Below, piece after piece: positions 15,979 through 24,470 of a stretch of 33,937 nt of DNA. Below the pieces are notes generated by a model. The model saw only the letters and a program-made list of their open reading frames with translations. It had not been told where the DNA came from and made no database searches. Position 1 is the first letter of the stretch, and the number at the start of each line of letters is the position of its first letter. A program made the position numbers and the translations under genes. Source of the stretch: a virus (taxonomy: Duplodnaviria > Caudoviricetes); the IMG/VR virus record IMGVR_UViG_3300032330_001413, positions 1-33,937 of that record. One strand, given 5' to 3'.

Positions 15979-18837
15979 ATGTTAGAGATAAATAATTTTC
16001 TATCCGCAGTGCTTCCCGATACTGGGTCGTATTGTGTGGTGGGACTAAAAGAAGATGGAAGCCCAAGACAAAAGTTTGTGGGAAGTATTGAAGAAGTAAA
16101 CGCATTAGCACATAAATTAGTTGAAGAAAAATACAATGCCTATTTTGCACTAGCCTCGTTTGTTGACCCTAAAGAAGGTCGCACTGCTAAGAACGCACAA
16201 TCTTTAAAGTCTTTCTTTATTGATATTGACTGTGGTATGGGTAAACCCTATGCTGACCAAGCAGAAGGTATGACTGCGCTCAAAGCATTTATTAAAGCTA
16301 CAAAACTACCTAAACCTACAGTAGTTAATTCAGGGCGTGGTATACACGCATACTGGGTCTTAGAAGCGGCTTTGCCAAGCGGTAAATGGAAACCCCTAGC
16401 CGAAAAATTAAAAGCCCTATGCGTCCAGCATAAGCTTGAAGCTGACCCATCTGTTACTGCAGATTCCGCTAGAATTTTGCGCATTCCAAATACTTTTAAT
16501 TTTAAAGATGCTGAGAACCCATCACCAACTGCTGTATTATTTGACGCCCCCCAGGTGAATATCTCTATCTTACAAGATGTTTTTAATACAGTAGAGGAAG
16601 ATATTTTTGCTGGCATAGCTGGCAAGCCGTTTATACCCCGTCAGATGGATGCGATGACCCTAGCTTTAATGGGTAACAATATCTCCCGCTTTAAGACCAT
16701 CATGATTAAAAGCGCCAAGGGAGAAGGTTGCCCACAACTGCTACATATCTATGAAAATCAGGTGACAATAGATGAACCGCTTTGGAGAGGGGGGCTAAGT
16801 ATTGCCCAGCAGTGTGTGGATAGGGATAAAGCCATTCATACGCTTTCCAACAAGCACCCCGATTATTCTGCACAGGCGACAGAGCGTAAAGCTAATGAGA
16901 CAAAAGGTCCTTATACCTGCGCTACATTTAAAAAGCTAAACCCAGCACCGTGTCAAGGTTGCCCGCACAACATTACTTCTCCTATTCAGTTAGGTAAAGA
17001 GTTTAACGAAGCTAAAGAAGAAGACAACATTGTAGAGGTTCCAGCACAAGAGGAAGGCGAAGAACCTACAACGTATCAGATTCCTAAATATCCATTTCCA
17101 TATACAAGAGGTGCGGCGGGTGGTATCTATACTAAGTTAAAAGATGAAGAAGGCGTAGAAGAAGTAGTAATGATCTACCCATATGACTTCTATGTAGTTA
17201 AACGAATGAATGATCCCGATAGAGGTGAAAGTCTTTTAATGCGTTTACATCTACCAAAAGATGGTGTTAAAGAATTTATCATGCCACTAACGGATGTACT
17301 AGCTAAAGATAGATTTAGAGATACGATTGCTAAGCATGGCTTGGCAGTATTAGGTAAGAAACAGGACATACTTATGGCTTATATAACAAGATGGGTAGAG
17401 GAATTGCAAGCTACCACAGAGGCAGAGTTAGCACGTAAACAGTTTGGCTGGCTACCTGATAACGATGGTTTTATTATTGGCGACCAAGAGATTACCGCAG
17501 ATGGAACTAAATACAGCCCGCCAACAGCTACGACTATTGAACTTGTGCCGATGTTTAGACAAAAGGGTGACTTCCATGTTTGGAAAGATGTTATCAATGC
17601 GTATGCTAGAGAGCAGATGGAAGCTAAGGCTTTTGCTTTCTTTATGGGTTTTGGCAACACACTATTAAAGTTTACTAATCTTAAGGGTTATCTATTAAGT
17701 CTTAAGTCACAAGGTTCAGGTTCAGGAAAGACTACAATTCTCCATACGATTGGTAGTATCTATGGGCATCCCGATGAAAGTTTTATGCGTACTAAAGACA
17801 CTTACAATCAGAAGCTACAACGTATTGGTACGATGCAAAACATTCCTATCCTGTATGACGAGATGACTAACCTACCGCCCGACCAAAAGTCTAACTTGGC
17901 TTATGACATTACCGAAGGTCGTGCTAAAAACCGTATGCAGTCACAGAACAATGCAGAACGTCTCAATCATACTAAGTGGGCAACAGGATTAATTACTACG
18001 TCGAATCGTTCATTGCGTGATGACTTGCTTTCTATCAAGGCTTTTCCCGAAGGCGAACTAATGCGTATCTTAGAGTTGCATATCTTTAATGATCCTAATG
18101 ACGACCCGTTATGGGCAAGGCAACACTTTAGTCGTTTACATACTAACTACGGTCACGCTATATTTCCGTTTATGCAGTATGTGGTTGGGCATTTACCGGA
18201 AGTAATTGAGTTCTTGGGTCAGATTCAAAATAAGATTGAGAAAGCCGCAGAAATTAAATCTCAAGAACGGTATTGGTCAGCTATGGCGGCGATTGCAATA
18301 GCTGGTGGGATTATTTCCAAGAACTTAGGCTTGCACAACATTGACCATAAACCCGTAATGACTTTCATTATTAAGCACATTAAAGAGTCTAGGGCGCAGA
18401 ACAAGATTATGGTGGCTGAAAATAGCGACTTTCTGAGTGGGTTTATTCAACGTAAGTTTCATGAGGTGTTGGTTATTAACGGCAAAAAAGACCACAAGAC
18501 GGGCTTGGAGACAGGTCCAATTAGAGAACCAAGGGGTGCATTAACCGCACGTTATGAACCTGATACAAAGCTTCTCTACGTGGTTGCTAAAGAGTATCGT
18601 GCTGAGTGTAATAAATCTCAGTTAAACTTTGATGAATCCTTGGCTATGCACAAGAAGAGTGGGGCTTTCCTAGGTCAGAAACGTAAGCGTATGACTTCAG
18701 GGACTATAGTAGATACTAACTTAAACGCACCAGCCCTAGTATTCGATGCGACTAAACTGGAATTCTTTAGAGAAGAAGCACTATTAAATGTTAAAGATTC
18801 TGAATCAGATAATGTTAATCCCGTGGAAACGGTTTGA
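15979..18837 (+). CDS. Primase-helicase: RepB-like AEP primase + Cys-rich domain + DUF927/P-loop helicase
   Basis: AEP motifs FFIDID, NSGRGIHAYW and RILRIP. Four Cys (GCPQ, YTCA, CQGC). QFGW, Walker A GSGSGKTT and Walker B ILYDE. Confidence 0.9.
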   Translation: MLEINNFLSAVLPDTGSYCVVGLKEDGSPRQKFVGSIEEVNALAHKLVEEKYNAYFALASFVDPKEGRTAKNAQSLKSFFIDIDCGMGKPYADQAEGMTALKAFIKATKLPKPTVVNSGRGIHAYWVLEAALPSGKWKPLAEKLKALCVQHKLEADPSVTADSARILRIPNTFNFKDAENPSPTAVLFDAPQVNISILQDVFNTVEEDIFAGIAGKPFIPRQMDAMTLALMGNNISRFKTIMIKSAKGEGCPQLLHIYENQVTIDEPLWRGGLSIAQQCVDRDKAIHTLSNKHPDYSAQATERKANETKGPYTCATFKKLNPAPCQGCPHNITSPIQLGKEFNEAKEEDNIVEVPAQEEGEEPTTYQIPKYPFPYTRGAAGGIYTKLKDEEGVEEVVMIYPYDFYVVKRMNDPDRGESLLMRLHLPKDGVKEFIMPLTDVLAKDRFRDTIAKHGLAVLGKKQDILMAYITRWVEELQATTEAELARKQFGWLPDNDGFIIGDQEITADGTKYSPPTATTIELVPMFRQKGDFHVWKDVINAYAREQMEAKAFAFFMGFGNTLLKFTNLKGYLLSLKSQGSGSGKTTILHTIGSIYGHPDESFMRTKDTYNQKLQRIGTMQNIPILYDEMTNLPPDQKSNLAYDITEGRAKNRMQSQNNAERLNHTKWATGLITTSNRSLRDDLLSIKAFPEGELMRILELHIFNDPNDDPLWARQHFSRLHTNYGHAIFPFMQYVVGHLPEVIEFLGQIQNKIEKAAEIKSQERYWSAMAAIAIAGGIISKNLGLHNIDHKPVMTFIIKHIKESRAQNKIMVAENSDFLSGFIQRKFHEVLVINGKKDHKTGLETGPIREPRGALTARYEPDTKLLYVVAKEYRAECNKSQLNFDESLAMHKKSGAFLGQKRKRMTSGTIVDTNLNAPALVFDATKLEFFREEALLNVKDSESDNVNPVETV

Positions 18838-18988
18838 ACCTGAGCAGTCTATTTTTATACCTTGCCTAGACCGTAAAGCCCACGCTAAAGATATATTGGA
18901 AGAAGCAGGGCGGCTAGGGATTGAGGTAGTTTGCAAACAAGTTGTAGAAAATGGAAAATTTGGCTTGCGGGTTTGGAGAGTTAAGTGA
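18788..18988 (+). CDS. Small conserved hypothetical protein
   Basis: IPW..F....SIFIPC...GLRVWR pattern. It is the last gene of the + strand arm. Confidence 0.65.
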   Translation: MLKILNQIMLIPWKRFEPEQSIFIPCLDRKAHAKDILEEAGRLGIEVVCKQVVENGKFGLRVWRVK

Positions 18989-18994
18989 TATAGT
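18986..18994 (+). promoter_or_regulatory. Extended -10 promoter (TG-A-TATAGT)
   Basis: TGn plus TATAGT at 18989-18994, with a weak -35 TTGCGG at 18965-18970. No ORF lies between it and the terminator. Confidence 0.55.
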
Positions 18995-19000
18995 TACCTC

Positions 19001-19057
19001 ACTCTTCTCCTCGACCCCACATTGAGGACTTAACCCCGCTTCGGCGGGGTATTTTTT
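19001..19057 (+). ncRNA. Candidate ~57-nt small RNA with an anti-Shine-Dalgarno seed
   Basis: It lies between the extended -10 and the terminator. Its 5' end ACTCTTCTCCTCG is complementary to CGAGGAGAAGAGT, which matches many + strand RBSs. Confidence 0.55.
19033..19057 (+). terminator. Rho-independent terminator at the convergence of the two arms
   Basis: ACCCCGC-TTCG-GCGGGGT followed by ATTTTTT; a C(UUCG)G tetraloop. Confidence 0.9.
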
Positions 19058-22000
19058 AGTAACCAGCCATTTGCCTTAATCTGTGCACATTACCAAGCAT
19101 TTTACTTTCCATCTCACGGATACGTTCGATTTCCTGTCCTTTTTTCTCTGCATCCATTTTAGACTCAGGCGCTTCAATTACTTGACGCTCATATGCCCGT
19201 AGCTTAGTTAATTGGTTATTGATTGCATTAACTTGGTCTTTTACTTTAAGTAAATCTTGTTTTTCCGTAATGTATTCTTTAGCTTCTTCAACAGTGCCGT
19301 ATTTTTTAATTTCATTTAAAGTATTAACTGCTTTAGAAACTTCATCACGAAGCTCGTAGTAGTCATTCTTATCTGCGTTTCCATATTCTTTGGCAACAAA
19401 TGGGCTTAAACCGGGAGTAGATGCAATTGCATCATGCCAACTCTTTTCAGGTCTAGGCTGATCTTTTACCCCATTTACAACAGTATTTGTTAGTTGCAAA
19501 CCTAAACCACCAGTAGTACCCAAATAGCCTTTAATTAAATGATCGACGTTTACAGGAGCAATTAAGCCTGAACTACCAATAAATTTAGCAAATTCAGAAG
19601 TGCTAGCTGTGTATTGCTTTTCAGTTTCTAAACCAGCCAAGTGCTGACCAATGATAGAACGACCTGTAAAGAAGTTATGGTTTGTTGCTACTTCTAATAT
19701 AGGTTTAAATGCTTGTGGTACGGCAGTTGGACTCATTACTGCGTTTGCTAGGGAATCCCCCATAGCACGACGAATCTTTTTACCATCTGTAAATGCATTA
19801 TCGGTCATACCCAAATAGGTATACTCGGCAACTAACTTAGGCATGAGAGTCAAGTCACTACGCAAAGGTAACATAAAACTTGTGCCCGGAATCAACAAGT
19901 GATGGTCACGAATGGTTGGATCCATTTTTTGATAGTCTTCATCATCACTAGCAAGAGCGGCATACATGAATGCCAAAGCACTAATTTTTAAAGCATTAGC
20001 CGCAAGGGTACGATGTGCTTCTTTCTTTTGTTGTGGAGAAATGCCTTTACCCGTTAAGGTTTTATAAATAACGTTTTGCGCTTGCAAGTATGCGCCAAAG
20101 AAGGGTACAACTTGACGAAGCATTTGAATCTTACCCGATGCCCCAGCACGCTTAAAGTTAATAATCTCAAACGCACGCTCAACAGCCGTAGCCTTGTCGC
20201 CTGTTTCTTTAAGAGTCATATTGTAAATAGCCTGACGCACCGCATTATCAGAAGCCATTGCAAAGTTTTCAAGGGCACGTTTAAATGCGCCTGTCTTAGT
20301 TTCTTGTTTTAAACCAGCAAGAATCTCTGCGCTATCACGAACAAAAGTAGCTGAGTAATCACGAACCCCAGTAGCACCATATCTAGCCAATTCTTTAGCA
20401 GTTTCACTTCTATTTTGTAAAGTTTTAGTAAATTCTTTAGCTACTTCTAGAGGCAATAACCAAGGATGTTTTAGACCTGAAGTTAACATAGCGCCAAATG
20501 AGTCTTGAGAAAGCTGACTAATAGAGAACAAAGGCATTAACACAATGTTCTTACGCAAGATATTAGCTACTGCAGAACCCATACCAAAATGAGGAATAGC
20601 CGCAGATTCAATACCAGTAAAGGCATGGACAAATAATGGGTCTTTAAATTCTACTTTACGGCGAATGCCATCTACCCACAAATCAATAGTATTTTGCTCA
20701 CGTTTAACTCGTTCGTCTTGACGTAAATCAGTTACATCTTCAGGGAAAAGTTTTTTAGCAGTCTCATAAAGGTTTATAGCACTACGATTCTTAACTGCAC
20801 GAGATATAGTGTAACTTGTCCAACGTTCCATATTATCAAAGATGTTGGCAACTTCTTGTTCACTACCCGCAATTTTGTAGCCCTTAGCAAAGTCAATTAA
20901 ACCACGCCCATACTCTTTAGGACCTTTGTTTTGTGCAAGCTGTTCAATACGATAAAACGGCACATAGTCCATAATATCTAATAATTCTTTAGCTTGTTCT
21001 TCGTTATACAAGCCACCTTGCACTGCAACATCCATAGCGTTTTTACGAACTTGGTTCCAACTCTTTTGAACTTCACGTAGCTCAGGAAGCATATCAAAGA
21101 ATTTAATACCGGCTTCAATTTCTGCTGGAGTCATATGACTAAATACTTCACGCTTGGATTGAGACAAACCCTTTAGACGTTCTGCAACAAATGCTTGTTG
21201 CGCATAGTTTGTAACTTCTTCAGTAGTTAAATCATTATTTTTAGCAATTTTAGCTAATTGTCCTACTAGACCAGCCCAGCTATCTTTGTTTTCTTCTGCC
21301 CTCCATTTGTAAGACTTGGGGTCATACTTAAGACTACCTTGTTGCAAAAACTGCATAGCAACAGCATCGGCATGGGTAGCTTGAGATGTGCTTATTTCAA
21401 ACATCATCTGTTTAACGGTTTCCCAAGACTTACCACCCGACTCAAGAGCTTTACGAATAGCATTATTTAACCCAGCATCCGCTGAAAAAAACATAGTTTC
21501 AGCGGTATTTAAAAACTTACTAACTGCAGATTTAGCGGCTTCTTTGTTTTTAACCGTATCCTTAATTGTTTGAAAAGGTCCAGTTTCTTCGGTAGCTGGC
21601 GCACGGTTATTAGCCCCAGTAGCGGCATAGTTAGCGGCTAAAGCGGATTTATTTACTTTAGCTATTGGAATTGTTTCTTTGCCCGTTACTACATCTTCTT
21701 GAATCTTACGACCCATAGCCATACTGCGGTCAGCCGCCATTAAACCGGATGCTAGAGCGCTAAGCTTTTGAGTAGGTGAAAGTCCTAATGCGTTTAATAC
21801 GGCACGAATAAATGCAGTGAACAAGCTTTGATGTTCTGTGCGATAAGGAATCATTGAAAGCTCTTGCTGGAACGCACGATTAGACATAAGTTCAGATGCA
21901 AACTCAGTCAGGCTTTGCATTCCGTATTCTTCAGCAAGCTCAGGATGTTTCTCTTTAACGAAGTTGTATAGATTCTTAAGGTCAGCAATACCTTTGTTCT

Positions 22001-24461
22001 TAGCGCCTTCTAGTTCAAACTTCTGAATAAGTGCGTGTAAGAAACCGTGTGTTGTTTCATGTAACACAGTATGCGAATCGACTTCACCCTCATTGATTTG
22101 GACAGTATCGGTAAATGGATTATATTGCGCCGCACCATCCTGAATAGTTCCAGCAGGGACAATCTCAATCTTAGGTAGGCTACCTTTGTTTGCAAGAAGG
22201 CGATTTGAAACCAGTTTTTCTAAGATATTAAAAGTATCAGATGTATCTTTTGCGATTGCGTTTAAGGCTGCGTTTAAATCACCAGCACGCACTGCGTTAA
22301 CCAAAACGTCGTTTGTTGCACCACTTTTTGCACGTTGGACTAATGGGTTATTTTCGTCTTCATCTAGTTGTTCTTGAAAAGCCGCTCTTGCTTCTTGTTG
22401 TTTGGTACGGGCTTTGTTATAAGCAGTACCCCTGCGCTCGTACTTATTAAGTTCGTCTATTTTCTTTTGAACAAACCCTTTTTGAGCTTCGGATAAACCA
22501 CGTTGAAAACGCTTAGCGTTTTTAAGATTCTCACCAGCATATAAGTCACCAGCTAAATTTTCTAAAGCACGTTGACCAATATAGTTAGACTTTTCTAAAT
22601 AGTTAGCCGCTGCTTCTTTATATTCGGTAGCATGGCGTTTGCTTAGTTCTGTGTTAGCTGGTTCTAGTAATAACGGTTTTGCGGGTTCTTCTAATGCACG
22701 CTGGACTGGTGCTTCTCCGCCAATAGGTTGTCCAACAACATCCCCAACAGGAACCATTCCTCGTCGTTCAGTTTGTCTAACTCCGGCGGTGGCGCTTGGT
22801 CGCTTGCTAGGCACTCGAACGCTTGGTTCACTTGGTCCGCTGACAGGTGTAGTAATCTCTCCAACATTTTTATTCTCCAAGGATTGGGGTTCTTGTCCAA
22901 GTTCTGCATCTAATTCTGCCTGTAAAGCTGCCTGTTCATCTGGCGTTGGGGTTTCTTCCGCAGCTTTTTTTTCTGCAGTAGGTTTTAATTTTTTCATGCG
23001 TTTTTTAGGCGCAGGGATAGCTTCAGGGGGTGGAGGTGTAAATTCAGGACGAGCTAAAAAGTCTGTTACTGCATTGGTAATACGGGAACTACGCCCCTGA
23101 TCTAAATAAGATTCTAACGCAGTTTTAACTTCCGCAGCTTGCGCAGGATCATTAAGGTCTTTGCCAATAAGAGCTTCACGAATAGTTTTATTTGTTGGTC
23201 CGATATTCATACTCTTAATATCGGCTTCTGTAATTGGTTTAGTTGTTGGTGGTATAGGTTGCGGAGCAAACCTTTCTTGAAAGCCTTCTTCACTTAATTC
23301 AGAAGTAGGAAAAGCACCAGCCTCACTAGCAAATGCAGTAGTGCCGTCTGGGTAGACAATCATTGGAATTGGGCCGTATGTAGCACCACCTTTTGGTAAG
23401 TTAGGGTCGTATGGTAACTGTAGTGTTACTTGTTGTGGCTCTCCTGTATCAGCTGCTTTAGTTTTAGCTTCTTCTACTGTACGAGAATTGGCTATACCGG
23501 CTATACCACCAAACAATGCCCCACCTAATGCGCCCATACCCGCTGCGGCACCAACGCCTTTAGTTAGACTGGTTTCGGGGAATACTTCTTGTACTCCCAC
23601 ATTAGATGCAAACTTACCACCACCTTCTTCAAGACCTTCAGACGCTGCTTCACCTAAAAAACCTTTAGTAAAGCCACCAGCACCGGGTAAACCTCTACCA
23701 ACCATAGCACGTTCAATAGCAGTACCGCCGGGTAGTTTAGCTGCGGCTAAAGATAAACCAGCAGCTTCTAATGCAGCTATACGTCCTTTAGCTAAAGCAA
23801 TACCATTGGCTTGCTCATCATTCATACCTTCTTTAATTAATCGGTCATAGATAGTTTGATAAGTATCAGAACCAATATCAGCCCCTTGCATTACAGCACC
23901 GGTACCGACAGCGCCACTAACACCGACTTTAGCTAAAGCTTGCTCAGTAGTGCTAGCCATCAATGCTTTAGTAGCCCCTTTAGCAATTAAACCGCCACCC
24001 CATGAACCTAATAAATTAGGTACTTGTTCTGCAAAAAAAGAAGTTAGTAGTGCTGGGTCTTTAATAGTTTCTTTAATAGCAGTACCAAACTCGGAAACCA
24101 TACCTTCGGCTTTACCAATTTTTTGGGCACGGAGTTCTTCTTTTCCTTTAAGAGTTGGCGACTTTAATTCTTCACCATACTGTTCTAATTGACGTCCAAG
24201 TCCTTGCAAGCCTTCTTCACGTTGAGCTGGTTTAGTAATACCTGTTAGTTCACCAATTTGACCCGGCAGCTGCGCAAGAGTACCAAAACCTTTGACAGCG
24301 CTAGCACCAATGTCGGTAATGGCTTCGCCAAAAGTACGTTTTTCTTTAGCGGCAATTTCGGGAAAAGCTTCTAGGATTCGTTTTTTCGCATCTAATTGAG
24401 ATACGTCATCTGGAATACCTTCAACAATTCTTCCATCAGGAAGTTGGACGTTATACGGCAT
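19056..24461 (-). CDS. Large polyvalent virion/ejection protein with zincin-like metallopeptidase and C-terminal LPD38-like domain
   Basis: 1801 aa. The N-terminus is Gly/Ala-rich and hydrophobic. HETTH at 22047-22061 is followed by EFASE. The C-terminus reads INF.RAG...VPFFGA..Q...P..FKPILE..TN.NFFTGR.I...VDHLIKGYLG. Confidence 0.8.
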   Translation of the reverse strand: MPYNVQLPDGRIVEGIPDDVSQLDAKKRILEAFPEIAAKEKRTFGEAITDIGASAVKGFGTLAQLPGQIGELTGITKPAQREEGLQGLGRQLEQYGEELKSPTLKGKEELRAQKIGKAEGMVSEFGTAIKETIKDPALLTSFFAEQVPNLLGSWGGGLIAKGATKALMASTTEQALAKVGVSGAVGTGAVMQGADIGSDTYQTIYDRLIKEGMNDEQANGIALAKGRIAALEAAGLSLAAAKLPGGTAIERAMVGRGLPGAGGFTKGFLGEAASEGLEEGGGKFASNVGVQEVFPETSLTKGVGAAAGMGALGGALFGGIAGIANSRTVEEAKTKAADTGEPQQVTLQLPYDPNLPKGGATYGPIPMIVYPDGTTAFASEAGAFPTSELSEEGFQERFAPQPIPPTTKPITEADIKSMNIGPTNKTIREALIGKDLNDPAQAAEVKTALESYLDQGRSSRITNAVTDFLARPEFTPPPPEAIPAPKKRMKKLKPTAEKKAAEETPTPDEQAALQAELDAELGQEPQSLENKNVGEITTPVSGPSEPSVRVPSKRPSATAGVRQTERRGMVPVGDVVGQPIGGEAPVQRALEEPAKPLLLEPANTELSKRHATEYKEAAANYLEKSNYIGQRALENLAGDLYAGENLKNAKRFQRGLSEAQKGFVQKKIDELNKYERRGTAYNKARTKQQEARAAFQEQLDEDENNPLVQRAKSGATNDVLVNAVRAGDLNAALNAIAKDTSDTFNILEKLVSNRLLANKGSLPKIEIVPAGTIQDGAAQYNPFTDTVQINEGEVDSHTVLHETTHGFLHALIQKFELEGAKNKGIADLKNLYNFVKEKHPELAEEYGMQSLTEFASELMSNRAFQQELSMIPYRTEHQSLFTAFIRAVLNALGLSPTQKLSALASGLMAADRSMAMGRKIQEDVVTGKETIPIAKVNKSALAANYAATGANNRAPATEETGPFQTIKDTVKNKEAAKSAVSKFLNTAETMFFSADAGLNNAIRKALESGGKSWETVKQMMFEISTSQATHADAVAMQFLQQGSLKYDPKSYKWRAEENKDSWAGLVGQLAKIAKNNDLTTEEVTNYAQQAFVAERLKGLSQSKREVFSHMTPAEIEAGIKFFDMLPELREVQKSWNQVRKNAMDVAVQGGLYNEEQAKELLDIMDYVPFYRIEQLAQNKGPKEYGRGLIDFAKGYKIAGSEQEVANIFDNMERWTSYTISRAVKNRSAINLYETAKKLFPEDVTDLRQDERVKREQNTIDLWVDGIRRKVEFKDPLFVHAFTGIESAAIPHFGMGSAVANILRKNIVLMPLFSISQLSQDSFGAMLTSGLKHPWLLPLEVAKEFTKTLQNRSETAKELARYGATGVRDYSATFVRDSAEILAGLKQETKTGAFKRALENFAMASDNAVRQAIYNMTLKETGDKATAVERAFEIINFKRAGASGKIQMLRQVVPFFGAYLQAQNVIYKTLTGKGISPQQKKEAHRTLAANALKISALAFMYAALASDDEDYQKMDPTIRDHHLLIPGTSFMLPLRSDLTLMPKLVAEYTYLGMTDNAFTDGKKIRRAMGDSLANAVMSPTAVPQAFKPILEVATNHNFFTGRSIIGQHLAGLETEKQYTASTSEFAKFIGSSGLIAPVNVDHLIKGYLGTTGGLGLQLTNTVVNGVKDQPRPEKSWHDAIASTPGLSPFVAKEYGNADKNDYYELRDEVSKAVNTLNEIKKYGTVEEAKEYITEKQDLLKVKDQVNAINNQLTKLRAYERQVIEAPESKMDAEKKGQEIERIREMESKMLGNVHRLRQMAGY
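22691..22867 (-). CDS. Nested 58-aa gene in the +1 frame of the giant virion protein
   Basis: TTGGAGAATAAAAATG gives the RBS and ATG. MLERLLHLSADQVNQAFECLASDQAPPPELDKLNDEEWFLLGMLLDNLLAEKHQSSVH reads as an amphipathic helical protein. Confidence 0.6.
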   Translation of the reverse strand: MLERLLHLSADQVNQAFECLASDQAPPPELDKLNDEEWFLLGMLLDNLLAEKHQSSVH

Positions 24462-24470
24462 TACGATTCC

